Origin: Candidatus Omnitrophota bacterium
GTDB lineage: Bacteria; Omnitrophota; Gorgyraeia; Zapsychrales; Zapsychraceae
NCBI GenBank assembly: GCA_029261065.1
Contig: JAJDCB010000022.1
Location: forward strand, 443 to 64,442
Length of the DNA: 64,000 nucleotides
Direction: 5' to 3'
The translations under genes were made by a program, and so were the position numbers. A model generated the notes under the pieces. It was not told the origin of the DNA and did no database searches. It saw nothing but the letters and a program-made list of their open reading frames with translations. How positions within the stretch are numbered: position 1 is the first letter of the stretch; the number at the start of each line of letters is the position of its first letter. This document shows, piece after piece, positions 1 to 10,640 of this stretch.

Positions 1-2
1 AG

Positions 3-187
3 ACCGGATGTTAGACAATTCCTTAAATATTCGTTGGGGGAGAGTATGTGGGTGGTTGTACAGATTTGTTTGAAGCTTATAAAAATGGAGAATTGCAAAA
101 AAGTTTAAAAAATATGATGTGAGTTTTGATGAATCAATCGGTTGTGATCCCTCTTCGTTCTTACCTTCTTGGTGCGCCTCTCGATAA
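3..187 (+). pseudogene. Disrupted glutaredoxin-like C-terminal fragment, truncated by the window edge
   Basis: Frame from nt 3 reads TGC*TIP*IFVGGEYVGGCTDLFEAYKNGELQK, which matches the Grx TxPQIF...GGC motif with stops at 12-14 and 24-26. A shifted frame continues YDVSFDESIGCDPSSFLPSWCASR* to 187. Confidence 0.6.
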
Positions 188-313
188 GAAGAACATGCTT
201 TCTTGTTTTTAAAATACAAAAATTTAAAAAACGATAAATTATTTTTGTATTTTAAGTGCTTGGTGTTATTCTACTTAAGGCCCCTTTATCAACTTAATTA
301 ATCAAATTTTGAT

Positions 314-3300
314 ATGCTTAAAAAATTAAATATTGGTTCAAAACTAGCCATCATTTTAATAGGGGTGGCGATGATACCCTTGATAGCAGTCATTAGTTAT
401 AACTTTATTGCATTCAAAAGTAAAATTCAACGTAACATGCTTAACCGCTTAAAATCCACCAACAATTCCCGTGTCGCCCATATTCAGAGTTTAATCCAAT
501 TACGACAAGAGCAGGCAAAATCTATTGCAGGTGATTTCATTTTAAAACAATTGAAAAGCGATGGGTTAAATGATCCGCAACATGTTGAAAATATTCAGAA
601 GAATATTGAATACATTTATAAAGAAATGAAGAACATTTCTACGGGGTTAGAGAGGAATAAGAGTCAACCATCTGCGATGGAGATTATTGGGGTATGGGAC
701 AGATCTGGGAAGATTATTGCCAATACAAATATAGATCTGGTAGGCAAAAAGATGCCAGAACATTATTTGAATCAGGTGCAAAAGTTAGGCGAGTATTTTG
801 GTGGATTTGAAAAGGATTCTCTTACGGGTAAGAATTTTTTAATTTTTTTACATGAAATACGTAATCATGCAACAAATGCATTCTCAGGCGCGGTCATTCT
901 AAAAGTTAAAGCAGAAATTCTTAACCAAGTTACAACAGATCGAGAAGGATTGGGGGAAACGGGGGAAACCTACATTGTCGACCGGAAGTATCGCATGGTG
1001 ACAAAATCACGATTTATAGAAAATGCCATCTTGGCACTAGAGGTGAAAACAGCAGGCACAGAAGCATGTTTTAATAACGTAAAAGCTCCTATTCATTACG
1101 CTGATTATCGTGGGGTTAGTGTGTTTGGTGCGTCAAAATATTTGCCGGATGAGGACTGGTGTTTGCTGACAGAGATTGAGGAAAAAGAGGCGTTTTCTGA
1201 AGTGGTGGATTTACGCAATCAAATGTTTCTATTTGGCTTGGCTGTGTTTTTATTTCTGATTCTTTTATCAAACAGGTTAGGGCGTTTTATAGCAAGTCCT
1301 ATACAACAATTGATGAATATAACCAAAAAGGTTGCGAAAGGTGATTTTAAAGCAAGAATAAAAGTTTCTCAAAACGATGAGTTAGGAGAGTTATCGCAAT
1401 CATTTAATGAGATGGCCCAAAAGTTGGAACAGCATACAGAAGAGTTGGAGGATATGAAATTTAGTTTAGATCAACATTCAATTGTGGGGGTTACCGATCA
1501 GACCGGTAAAATAACATATGCGAATGATAAATTTAGCGAAATATCCCAGTATTCTCAGGAAGAACTTTTAGGGCAAGATCACCGTATTTTAAATTCGGGA
1601 TATCATCCAAAAGAATTTATGAGAGATATGTGGAGAACCATTGCGCAAGGTAAGGTTTGGAAAGGAGAGGTGAAAAATAAAAAGAAAAACGGAGAATACT
1701 ATTGGGTGAATACCTCGATTATTCCTTTTTTAAATAAGCAAGGTAAACCCTATCAATATGTGGCGATACGATCAGATATTACAGATCGGAAAAATGCAGA
1801 GTTACGTTTAAAACAACAAGAGGAGACTTCCAATTTGCTTCGTCAAGTTGCAGAATTAGCTAACTCAGCAAAGGATATGCGGCAAATTTATAAAGATACG
1901 TTAAGGTATGTTTGTGAATTTATGGGTTGGCCTATAGGGCATGTTTATGTTGAAGACAATAATAGAATGATACCAGGAAAGATTTGGTTTATACCTTCGA
2001 CGCATGAATTTGATGTTTTTAAAGAAGTTACAGAAAAAACATCGTTTGAGTCAGGTATTGGTTTACCTGGTCGTGTGCTAAAGAGCAAAGAGCCGGCTTG
2101 GATCATTGATGTTCATAAAGATCCAAACTTTCCCAGAAATAAGTTAGCCAATGATTTGGGTGTAAAGGCGGCTTTTGGATTTCCCGTCAAAATAAAAGGT
2201 GATGTTAAAGCTGTTCTTGAATTTTATGCAAAAGAGCCCTTGGACCTTGATCAAGATATTTTGGATTTGATGAAGAAGGTGAGTATTCACATGGGTCTGT
2301 TTGTGGAACGAGAAGAAATAACAAATCGGTTAAAAGAAGAAGAGAGTTCTTCACGTCAATTAGCGCAGGAAGCACTAAAAGCAGCGCAAGCAAAAAGTAA
2401 TTTTTTAGCAAATATGAGTCATGAGATCCGTACGCCAATGAATGCGATTTTAGGATTCAGTGATATTTTAGGCAAAACAAAACTTGATGATCAGCAAAGA
2501 CAGTATATTGATATCGTTGAATCGAGTGGTCAATTGTTATTAGGGATCATTAATGACATTTTGGATTTTTCTAAATTAGAGGCCGGAGGGGTTACTCTTG
2601 AGAGTATTAATTTTGATTTAGAGTATTTAGTCAATGATGTTTTTAAGATGATCGGCTCAAAGCTTCGGGATAAAAAAATTGATACTTATATCGATATCGA
2701 AAATAACGTTCATCGGTTTCTTTGCGGTGATCCAACGCGTTTAAGACAAATATTGGTTAATCTTTTGGGAAATGCTATTAAGTTTACAGACCAGGGAGAT
2801 ATTGGTGTGATTGTTCGGTTAGATAAAAAGGAAAGTTTTGAGGATGAGCTGGTGATTCATTTTACGGTTAAAGATTCAGGGATAGGGATTCCAGAAGATA
2901 AAAAAGATAAAATTTTTGCAGTTTTTAGTCAGGTGGATGAAACAACGACGCGTAAATTTGGAGGGACGGGTTTAGGTTTGTCGATATGTAAATCATTATC
3001 GGAAGCTATGGGAGGCAGTATTTGGGTAGAATCCCAGGAAGGAAAGGGGAGTGAATTTCATTTTAAGATTAAACTAAAAAAAGGACAAAAGATCGAACGT
3101 GAAGGTATTAAGCCTTTGACTTTATCAGAAATGCAGGGTAAAGAAGTACTCATCGTTGATGATAACAAAAATTCTAGGGATCTTTTAAAACGATATTGCG
3201 AAGAAGTAGGGTTAAAGGTTGTTGCATCTGTTGAATCTGGTAAAAGGGCTTTAAGGCGTATTGATCAAATGATTGATGATAATAATCTAGTAGATCTTAT

Positions 3301-3943
3301 TCTTAGTGATATTATGATGCCTGAAATGGATGGGCATGGTTTGATTGCAAAGATTAGGGCAAACAAAAAGTGCAAAGACATTAAAATTATTGCCATTTCA
3401 TCTGATATTCGTTTAGGTGAGGCTCAGCATGCACAAGAAGATGGTTTTAATGGATTTTTACCTAAACCAATATCTAGAGATGCACTCTTAAAAGTTATTA
3501 CGGTCGTGCTGGGAGATAATAGAGAGCAAGGTTCCATTGTTACGCGCCATATGGCAGAAGAGCTAGCTTGTAAGGGGATAAAGGTTTTGGTTGTTGAAGA
3601 TGTTCTTCCAAATCAAGCTTTAATCAAGGCGTATTTTCAACAATTTGGTTGTGAAGGAGATTATGCGAGTAATGGTCAGGAGGCCGTTGATATGTTGCGC
3701 AGTAATATAGATCAGTATGATTTATGTCTGATGGATATGCAAATGCCTGTTATGGACGGTTTGGAGGCGACAAGAATTATTCGTAAAGAAATTTCTAAGG
3801 ACTTTCCTATCATTGCTTTGACGGCGGCAGCTTTAAAAGAAGATCAGGATCAATGTTTCAAAGCGGGTATGACAGATTACATTTCTAAACCCATACAGAC
3901 TGAAAAGTTAAAAGAAAAAATTTTAGAGTACGCCAAGGAATAA
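314..3943 (+). CDS. Hybrid sensor histidine kinase (Cache-HAMP-PAS-GAF-HisKA-HATPase-REC-REC)
   Basis: Two TM segments flank a periplasmic domain. HAMP ([13 protein letters not shown]), PAS, GAF, H-box [21 protein letters not shown] and two receiver domains (LSDIMMP, LMDMQMP) follow. Confidence 0.95.
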   Translation: MLKKLNIGSKLAIILIGVAMIPLIAVISYNFIAFKSKIQRNMLNRLKSTNNSRVAHIQSLIQLRQEQAKSIAGDFILKQLKSDGLNDPQHVENIQKNIEYIYKEMKNISTGLERNKSQPSAMEIIGVWDRSGKIIANTNIDLVGKKMPEHYLNQVQKLGEYFGGFEKDSLTGKNFLIFLHEIRNHATNAFSGAVILKVKAEILNQVTTDREGLGETGETYIVDRKYRMVTKSRFIENAILALEVKTAGTEACFNNVKAPIHYADYRGVSVFGASKYLPDEDWCLLTEIEEKEAFSEVVDLRNQMFLFGLAVFLFLILLSNRLGRFIASPIQQLMNITKKVAKGDFKARIKVSQNDELGELSQSFNEMAQKLEQHTEELEDMKFSLDQHSIVGVTDQTGKITYANDKFSEISQYSQEELLGQDHRILNSGYHPKEFMRDMWRTIAQGKVWKGEVKNKKKNGEYYWVNTSIIPFLNKQGKPYQYVAIRSDITDRKNAELRLKQQEETSNLLRQVAELANSAKDMRQIYKDTLRYVCEFMGWPIGHVYVEDNNRMIPGKIWFIPSTHEFDVFKEVTEKTSFESGIGLPGRVLKSKEPAWIIDVHKDPNFPRNKLANDLGVKAAFGFPVKIKGDVKAVLEFYAKEPLDLDQDILDLMKKVSIHMGLFVEREEITNRLKEEESSSRQLAQEALKAAQAKSNFLANMSHEIRTPMNAILGFSDILGKTKLDDQQRQYIDIVESSGQLLLGIINDILDFSKLEAGGVTLESINFDLEYLVNDVFKMIGSKLRDKKIDTYIDIENNVHRFLCGDPTRLRQILVNLLGNAIKFTDQGDIGVIVRLDKKESFEDELVIHFTVKDSGIGIPEDKKDKIFAVFSQVDETTTRKFGGTGLGLSICKSLSEAMGGSIWVESQEGKGSEFHFKIKLKKGQKIEREGIKPLTLSEMQGKEVLIVDDNKNSRDLLKRYCEEVGLKVVASVESGKRALRRIDQMIDDNNLVDLILSDIMMPEMDGHGLIAKIRANKKCKDIKIIAISSDIRLGEAQHAQEDGFNGFLPKPISRDALLKVITVVLGDNREQGSIVTRHMAEELACKGIKVLVVEDVLPNQALIKAYFQQFGCEGDYASNGQEAVDMLRSNIDQYDLCLMDMQMPVMDGLEATRIIRKEISKDFPIIALTAAALKEDQDQCFKAGMTDYISKPIQTEKLKEKILEYAKE

Positions 3944-4005
3944 TTTTTGTTTGATTGTTCCTTAAGTAAAAGTTATTTATTCAAATAAAGAGGGATAAGC
4001 TTTCT

Positions 4006-4860
4006 ATGTTTACAAGGAAATGTTGTGGATGGATTATTGGTTTTTGTTTGATTGTTTTTATTACTCCTGTTGTTCAAGCGGATGAGCTTTTTGAATTAAA
4101 AGAACGACTTCGAATTATTGAAGAAGAAAAACAGGACTTGATACAAGAAATTAGGAAGCTTGAGGCTAAAGACAATGTTGAAGATGAAAAAATTCAAGAG
4201 TCTGCAGTATCAAAAGTAACGCCCCCACCAGAAGATAAACCCTACAAGACAAATGTGGCTCTTAAATTGTATTGGGATACACGTGAATATAATACATTTG
4301 AGATCGCCACAAGCTCAACAGGTTTACCCTTAGGTTTTACTTTTTGGGGCTTTACTGATTTGCATGGAAATCAAGATCAAGTGGGTGATAGTTTTGATTT
4401 TGATCGGTTTTTTATGGAGTATCGTTTGAGTCGGGCCTTTGATCCAGAGTGGGTATTAGGAATAAAAGGTTTAGGTTACCAAATGGAATACAATGATACT
4501 AACGGTTCGGGTAATCAATTAGTGCGCTTTGGTCTTACATACAAACATGGGATTCCTTCTATAATAGAAAAAGAAGGTTGGTTACAGTTAAGAGCGTTTC
4601 CTTATGAATCAGATGGTAGTGGTCAACAAATGAGTTTGATTTATTACTTTCCATTGCATGAAAGAATTTGGATTAGTGGTTTTGTAGACTTAAATCTTCG
4701 AGAAGGAGCGGATGATCGTTGGGTTATCGAGCCTCAACTTAATATTAAATTAAATGATCGGTATACATTTTTAGTTGAGTATCGATATAGCGGCTCCGAT
4801 GATGCCAGTGCAACATTGGATGGGGATGGGGTTGCTTTTGGTATGAGCATGGGTTTTTAA
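4006..4860 (+). CDS. Putative outer-membrane beta-barrel protein with N-terminal coiled coil
   Basis: Signal peptide, short coiled coil, aromatic-rich amphipathic strands and C-terminal Phe (GMSMGF). Confidence 0.6.
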   Translation: MFTRKCCGWIIGFCLIVFITPVVQADELFELKERLRIIEEEKQDLIQEIRKLEAKDNVEDEKIQESAVSKVTPPPEDKPYKTNVALKLYWDTREYNTFEIATSSTGLPLGFTFWGFTDLHGNQDQVGDSFDFDRFFMEYRLSRAFDPEWVLGIKGLGYQMEYNDTNGSGNQLVRFGLTYKHGIPSIIEKEGWLQLRAFPYESDGSGQQMSLIYYFPLHERIWISGFVDLNLREGADDRWVIEPQLNIKLNDRYTFLVEYRYSGSDDASATLDGDGVAFGMSMGF

Positions 4861-4894
4861 AATAAATTGCTGTGTATTAAGATGGGCAGAGAGA

Positions 4895-5971
4895 ATGAGC
4901 AAAAAAATTAAAATTTTGGTAGTGGAAGATGATATTGGTGATTTCACTTTATTAAAGGGGACTCTCGATCAAGAAATTACAAATGTATTTAATCTTATAC
5001 ATGTGGATAGTTTAGAGAAGGCGTTTAAACGGTTAGATGAAGAGGATTTTGATCTTATTTTGTTGGATTTGGCGTTACCAGATAGCATGGGTTTGGATAC
5101 GGTCACAAAAATTAATGATAAACGTCCTCAAGTGCCAGTTGTCGTATTAACAGGTTTGGACGATAAAGAAGTTGGTATTGCAACCGTAAAAAAAGGAGCT
5201 CAAGATTTTTTAATTAAAGGACAGATAACGTATGACTATTTTTTTAAATCTGTTAATTATGCTCTTGAACGTGTGCGACTGGAGAATTTCAAGAACGATA
5301 TCGTTAATAATATTTCACATGAATTAAGAACCCCTCTTACTATTGTCCGAGAGAGTATAAGCCAAGTATCTGACGGCATTTTTGGGGATATCAATGAGAA
5401 ACAAGATAAATATCTAAAGATGGCTTTAACTAATATTGATCGATTAAAAAAGATTATTGATAATTTACTAGATATGTCAAAAATTGATGCAGGTAAGCTT
5501 GAGATTTTTAAAGAAAAAATAGTCGTTGCAGTATTATTTGAGGATCTTGTGGCTGATTTTTTACTTAAAGTTAAAGCAAAAGAAAATTTGAATATAAAGA
5601 ATTCAACTTTAAGCGAGAAGCTTGAAATCTTTGCTGATCGAGATAATATCATTCAAGTTTTTACAAATTTGGTTGGTAATGCTCTAAAATTTACTGATAA
5701 GGGCCTTATCGAAGTCTCAGCTACTGAAAAAGATAACTTTGTTGAATGCCGTGTTAAGGATTCGGGGATAGGAATTTCTGAAGAAGATTTACCAAGAATT
5801 TTTGGAAAATTTGATCAAATCGGAAGGCAATCTGGTCCCGGAGGTAAGGGAACGGGGTTGGGTTTGGCTATTTCAAAAAGTATCATTGAGCTGCATGGCG
5901 GTAGTATATATGCTGAAAGTGAAAAGGGAAAAGGATCGACGTTTGTTTTTACATTACCTAAAAAAGAGTAA
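4895..5971 (+). CDS. Cytoplasmic hybrid kinase (REC-HisKA-HATPase)
   Basis: N-terminal receiver (ILVVEDD, LLDLALPD), ISHELRTPL H-box, GTGLGL. Confidence 0.93.
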   Translation: MSKKIKILVVEDDIGDFTLLKGTLDQEITNVFNLIHVDSLEKAFKRLDEEDFDLILLDLALPDSMGLDTVTKINDKRPQVPVVVLTGLDDKEVGIATVKKGAQDFLIKGQITYDYFFKSVNYALERVRLENFKNDIVNNISHELRTPLTIVRESISQVSDGIFGDINEKQDKYLKMALTNIDRLKKIIDNLLDMSKIDAGKLEIFKEKIVVAVLFEDLVADFLLKVKAKENLNIKNSTLSEKLEIFADRDNIIQVFTNLVGNALKFTDKGLIEVSATEKDNFVECRVKDSGIGISEEDLPRIFGKFDQIGRQSGPGGKGTGLGLAISKSIIELHGGSIYAESEKGKGSTFVFTLPKKE

Positions 5972-6005
5972 TTTGTTTTGAAATAATATAAAGGAAAGGA
6001 GTTTT

Positions 6006-6386
6006 ATGAAAAAAATTTTAGTTGTTGATGATGAACCAGAAATTATTGAGTTAGTGGAAAGTCGATTAAGCGTAAATAATTATCAAGTTATTTCAGCTAT
6101 GGATGGGAACGAGGGGATTAAAAAAGCAGAAAAAGAATCTCCGGACTTAATCCTTATGGATGTAATGATGCCCAAGATGTCCGGAGGGGATGCTTTGAGA
6201 ATTCTTAAGGCCAATGAAAAAACGAAAGACATACCGGTTGTTTTTTTAACGGGTGTTAAAAGTAATAAAGAGCCAACGGGAGAAGAAGATAAGGGCATTA
6301 ATGTGGGTGGGCAATATTATCCAGCTGTTGGAAAGCCTTTCGAATCAGAAAAGTTGTTATTAGCCATAGAGAAAAATCTTTCCTAG
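6006..6386 (+). CDS. Single-domain response regulator
   Basis: KILVVDDE, DLILMDVMMP, KPF motifs; no output domain. Confidence 0.93.
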   Translation: MKKILVVDDEPEIIELVESRLSVNNYQVISAMDGNEGIKKAEKESPDLILMDVMMPKMSGGDALRILKANEKTKDIPVVFLTGVKSNKEPTGEEDKGINVGGQYYPAVGKPFESEKLLLAIEKNLS

Positions 6387-6395
6387 ACTATCTTT

Positions 6396-6818
6396 TTATT
6401 TGATTATTTTTTTCTGAGGATTTTTTAAAGCCGCCTTTATTTCCTTAATCATCGCTTCGCGATCCTTTTTTATTCTTTTAATGATTGTAGGCGGTGCTGC
6501 TGTTTTAGCATCGTATGTTGCTCCCCAAACGGACATTTCAAGCATTACGGGAATTAAGTCAATTCCTTTCTGAGTCAATTCATAGAGATAAACCTTGGTG
6601 TTTTTAGGATCCTGCCGTTTTGTGATAATGCCCGTATCTTCTAAGAGGTTTAATCTATTCGCTAAAATATTTGTAGCAATGCCTTCCGGAGAATTTTTAA
6701 GCGCACCATAAGTCTTTTTCTTAAAAAAGATCAAGTCGCGAATAATAAGAAGTGTCCACTTATCGCCAAAAATTTCAAGCGCAAAATTGATCGGACAATG
6801 GGATCGGTTTGTTTTCAT
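6396..6818 (-). CDS. HxlR-family winged-helix regulator
   Basis: CPINFALEIFGDKWTLLIIRDL and YELTQKG signature. Confidence 0.92.
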   Translation of the reverse strand: MKTNRSHCPINFALEIFGDKWTLLIIRDLIFFKKKTYGALKNSPEGIATNILANRLNLLEDTGIITKRQDPKNTKVYLYELTQKGIDLIPVMLEMSVWGATYDAKTAAPPTIIKRIKKDREAMIKEIKAALKNPQKKIIK

Positions 6819-6836
6819 AGAAATAGTTTAAACTTA

Positions 6837-6895
6837 TTACTTGCAAAATGCAAGCATGGGTGTATACTTATTTTACTTGCAAAAAGCAAGTAAAA
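6837..6895. promoter_or_regulatory. Two copies of the palindrome ACTTGC-N5-GCAAG, a likely HxlR operator
   Basis: Perfect TTTTACTTGC-AAAAA-GCAAGTAAAA at 6871-6895 and TTACTTGC-AAAAT-GCAAGCA at 6837-6856, between the divergent hxlR and gst genes. Confidence 0.7.
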
Positions 6896-6926
6896 CTAAG
6901 CGTCTCAAAAATCAAGGAGGAGAGTT

Positions 6927-7574
6927 ATGAAAATTTATGGTCTTGATGTATCCAATCCCACGAATAAAGTTCGATATGTAGCTAATGCGTTGGGTCTCGA
7001 TTATGAATTTGAATTAAAGATGCCATTTAGTGAGCAAGTTCAAAATGATGAATATCAATCTCTTCATCCAGCAAGTAAAGTTCCAGCTCTTGAGGATGGA
7101 TCATTTAAGTTATTTGAAAGTAATGCCATTATCCGATATCTCGCCCAGAAAAGTAACTCAGATTTGTACCCACAAGATTTAGAGAAGAGGGCTAAGGTTG
7201 ATCAGTGGATGGATTTTGTCACTGTTCATATTCGTAATGCGTATGGACGAGTGTTTTGGAATCGAGTAGGGGTGAAGTTTATGAAAGAGGAGCCGGATGT
7301 TAATTCGTTGAATGAAGGATTAAAATTTTTAGACCGATTTCTACCAATTATTGACGATCAGCTAGGTAAGTCAAAATATTTAGCGAGTGATGATTTGACT
7401 ATTGCAGATTTTAATTTGCTCGCGGAACTGGATGGGGCGGAGGTCTGTGAGATCGATTTATTAAAATACAAAAATCTAACGGCTTGGAGAGAAAATCTTC
7501 AAAATCAAGATTTTTATCAAGTCGATCGATCTGTTGGCGCGGCCATATTTGAAGAGATTTTAGCCCAAAAGTAG
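6927..7574 (+). CDS. Glutathione S-transferase family protein
   Basis: HPASKVPAL, LFESNAIIRYL and LTIADF motifs. Confidence 0.93.
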   Translation: MKIYGLDVSNPTNKVRYVANALGLDYEFELKMPFSEQVQNDEYQSLHPASKVPALEDGSFKLFESNAIIRYLAQKSNSDLYPQDLEKRAKVDQWMDFVTVHIRNAYGRVFWNRVGVKFMKEEPDVNSLNEGLKFLDRFLPIIDDQLGKSKYLASDDLTIADFNLLAELDGAEVCEIDLLKYKNLTAWRENLQNQDFYQVDRSVGAAIFEEILAQK

Positions 7575-7707
7575 ATCTATGGCACTCTTGACACACCCCT
7601 CTAAGTTATGTTACCTTTGAAGTATAGATGTTATCTTAAGCCTTTCTGGGAGAAATAGATATATACAGGAAAGGCAAATTTAGAGTGTTTTGGAAGAATA
7701 AATCAAA

Positions 7708-8073
7708 ATGAGAACTAACTTTAAAAAACTTACGATTTTTAGCATCATTTTAACAATCCTGTTTGCAGCAACGTTTTGTTGCTGCCTAACAGGTTCCTCA
7801 CAGGCGGCTGAATCTATACCTGCCTGTCATCAATCGATGGATGATAATGATGCGTCACAAAATTCTGATGAATGCAATTGTAATCAATCTCTTGCTGTTC
7901 TTGAAAAAAATGTAGACAATTTTAATGTGCTTAAAGTTGTCAGTTTATTAGATATTGAAAAGCAAGTTGGCCAAGAATTTAATGGTATGCGTTTAATAGC
8001 CAAGAATCATCCCCCACCTATGATTTACGACACCTCACCCCTTTATATCAAACACACCATCCTTCGTATTTAG
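7708..8073 (+). CDS. Small exported Cys/His-rich protein upstream of cusCBA
   Basis: Signal-like N-terminus, CCC, CH and CxC motifs, Pro-rich C-terminus (HPPP). Confidence 0.65.
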   Translation: MRTNFKKLTIFSIILTILFAATFCCCLTGSSQAAESIPACHQSMDDNDASQNSDECNCNQSLAVLEKNVDNFNVLKVVSLLDIEKQVGQEFNGMRLIAKNHPPPMIYDTSPLYIKHTILRI

Positions 8074-8154
8074 TATCTTCATAATATTGCTGTCATTTCT
8101 GTTAATTAAATAATGAGAAAGGACTCTTAATGAGCGATGTTATGGGGATAAAAA

Positions 8155-9441
8155 ATGAATAATCAAATGATTAAATTAAGAACGATGGTTTTTACAATTG
8201 TTTTATGTCTACCACCTGTGTTTGTTATGGCAGACAACAATGAAGGTAAACTTCTGGATGTTTTTATAGAAGAAGCCACACAAAACAATCCAAAAATTCA
8301 AGAAGCTTTTCATGCTTGGAAGGCGAGTGAGTATAAAACGAAACACGTCCGAAGTTTAGACGATCCGATGGCCATCTATGGCAAGTTTGGCGAAGAGGTG
8401 CAAACGAGAGTGGGACCTCAAGAGCAGAAGTTTGGAGTGTCTCAAAAAATTCCTTTTCCAGGGAAACGGAGTTTAAAAGGAAAGGCGCAGGCCAAACATG
8501 CGGCTATGCTTAAAGAAAAGTATGAAGCCACAAAACAGGAAATTATCAAAGATGTTAAATTTTCCTACTTTGATTTATTTTGGGTTGATCAGGCTCTTGA
8601 AATTAATGAAGAAGAGAAATCTATTCTAGAGAGGGTCGAAAAAGTTGCTCAACGTAAATATGAATCTAACCAAGTTCCGCAGCAAGATGTGATTAAGGTT
8701 CAGGTTGAATTATCCAAGATTATACAGAAGTTATTTCTCTTAAAGCAGAACCGACAAAGTATTGTTGTTAAGTTAAATACGTTATTGAATCGTTCCTATG
8801 GTTTTGAAATATCTAGAATTTTGACAGTTGATGATGTGTCATTTGATTATGAGCTTGATGATTTGATGGCGCACGTTAAAAATACAAGACAAGAATTACT
8901 AGCGGCTCACTTGTCTGTAGAAAAAGCAGGATACGAAAAGTCTTTAGCTAAAATGGCGTATCTTCCTGATTTTATTTTTGGCGCTGAGTATATAGAGATT
9001 GGAGGCGGTTCAACAGCGTTGTCTAATGACGGCGATGATGCATGGATGGGAATGGTGTCTGTGAATGTGCCGATATGGTTTGGCAAGTTAAAGGCTCAGG
9101 TTAAAGAGAAAGAAGAAGCTCTTTTTGCTGAGCAAAAGAATAAAGAAGATGTGGAAAGTCGTGTCGCGTTTGAAGTGCAAGATATCTATTTCAAAATTAA
9201 AACCTACCAAGATATTGTACTTCTCTATGAGACAGCGCTCATACCGCAAGCGCAACAAGCCTTTGATGCTTCACAAACAGGTTTTGAAACAGGTTCCATT
9301 TCATTCTTGGATTGGTTGGACACAGAAAGAACTTCTCTACAAACACGACTTGCTTATTATAAAGTTATAACCGATTATCATAAGTCCATCGCCTATCTGC
9401 AAAGAGTTCTTGGCGGTGATTTTCAAGGAGATCGAAAATGA
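8155..9441 (+). CDS. TolC-family outer membrane factor (CusC-like)
   Basis: Signal peptide, OEP helical repeats, SQKIPFPGK and SVNVPIW motifs; first gene of an RND operon. Confidence 0.9.
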   Translation: MNNQMIKLRTMVFTIVLCLPPVFVMADNNEGKLLDVFIEEATQNNPKIQEAFHAWKASEYKTKHVRSLDDPMAIYGKFGEEVQTRVGPQEQKFGVSQKIPFPGKRSLKGKAQAKHAAMLKEKYEATKQEIIKDVKFSYFDLFWVDQALEINEEEKSILERVEKVAQRKYESNQVPQQDVIKVQVELSKIIQKLFLLKQNRQSIVVKLNTLLNRSYGFEISRILTVDDVSFDYELDDLMAHVKNTRQELLAAHLSVEKAGYEKSLAKMAYLPDFIFGAEYIEIGGGSTALSNDGDDAWMGMVSVNVPIWFGKLKAQVKEKEEALFAEQKNKEDVESRVAFEVQDIYFKIKTYQDIVLLYETALIPQAQQAFDASQTGFETGSISFLDWLDTERTSLQTRLAYYKVITDYHKSIAYLQRVLGGDFQGDRK

Positions 9442-10625
9442 GAAATAAGATAAGGGTATTTGGAGTTATCATTTTATGTATAACATCATCTGTTTATGCT
9501 CAAGAAGGACATAAAGGAAGTCATGTGGATGGTGTTCATGAGATGATTCCTGCTGTAACAGAGGACGGGGAGATATCTCATTACACCTGTGGCATGCATC
9601 CCAGCGTTAAGGTATCTGTCGAAAATTATGAGAATGGCGATACAAAATGTCCTATTTGTTTTATGCCGTTAACGGCTGTTAAATCATCAGGAATGCGGAG
9701 CCAAGCCTTTGATGAGAATGTCATTAGTAAAGTTGAAATAAAGGCTCGCGAACTAAAATTGGCGGGAGTGCAGACAGAAGTTGTTATCAAACGACAATTG
9801 TTTAAAGAGATAAGATCTGTTGGCACGGTTGCTTATGATCCTCAATTAGCCATTGCTCAAGATGAATTGGTTTCAGCCATTAGATCTTTAGACAAAGCTA
9901 AAACAGGTGCTGTTAGGGAAATTGCAGATCGTTCGCAATCAATGGTTGATTCATCCAAAAGAAAATTATTACTTTTAGGGTTAAGTGCGGAGCAAATTGC
10001 AGAATTGGAAAAATCAAAAGAAGTTCAAACAAATCTTATATTGCCCGGTGAGAAAATGTGGATTTATGGAGATATTTATGAATATGAATTGCCTTGGGTG
10101 AAAAAAGGATCTTACATTAAGGCTAAACCGATCGGGTTTGCGGGAGAAGAGTTTTATGGAGAGGTTGTTTCCATTAATCCTGTTATTGATCCGCGAACAC
10201 GCTCTGTTCGTTTTCGCGCGTTAATTGAGAACCCAGGTAGTAAGTTAAAGCCTGAGATGTATGTTGATGTTGAGATCCTGAGTAAGTATGTTGATCCCGA
10301 TGGTCAAGAGGAAGTTATCGCCTTACCTAAAAGTGCATTGCTTGATACCGGTCGTCGAAGAATTGTATGGGTTAATAAGGGGAATGGTCAGTTCGAAGGA
10401 CGAGCCGTTGTTGTTGGTCCAGAATCGGTGTCTCACTCCAATGAATTGCTTAAATTTTATCCTGTTCTTAAAGGAATCAAAGAAGGTGAGAAGGTTGTGA
10501 TTAAGGGAAACTTTCTGATTGATTCCCAAAGTCAAATTACAGGTGTCGTAGCTTCTTCCTTTGGAGGAACATTAGAACCAACAGAGCAAAAAGGTTCCAT
10601 GAAAGGAAGTCCTTCAGGCCATTAA
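9438..10625 (+). CDS. cusB: CusB-like RND periplasmic adaptor with heavy-metal-binding domain
   Basis: YTCGMHP...CPICFMPL metal motif, TRSVRFR, LKPEMY, NFLIDS. Confidence 0.88.
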   Translation: MRNKIRVFGVIILCITSSVYAQEGHKGSHVDGVHEMIPAVTEDGEISHYTCGMHPSVKVSVENYENGDTKCPICFMPLTAVKSSGMRSQAFDENVISKVEIKARELKLAGVQTEVVIKRQLFKEIRSVGTVAYDPQLAIAQDELVSAIRSLDKAKTGAVREIADRSQSMVDSSKRKLLLLGLSAEQIAELEKSKEVQTNLILPGEKMWIYGDIYEYELPWVKKGSYIKAKPIGFAGEEFYGEVVSINPVIDPRTRSVRFRALIENPGSKLKPEMYVDVEILSKYVDPDGQEEVIALPKSALLDTGRRRIVWVNKGNGQFEGRAVVVGPESVSHSNELLKFYPVLKGIKEGEKVVIKGNFLIDSQSQITGVVASSFGGTLEPTEQKGSMKGSPSGH

Positions 10626-10640
10626 GGAGCGGAGATTATT

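Noticed and set aside
3-30. TAA/TAG at apparent sense positions, suggesting stop-codon reassignment
   Set aside because: TAA and TAG terminate many intact genes in this window, and a frameshift accompanies the stops; pseudogenisation is simpler.
7588-7612. CsoR-type operator at the cus promoter
   Set aside because: Only a half-site-like C-run (CACACCCCT) with no matching G-run arm.
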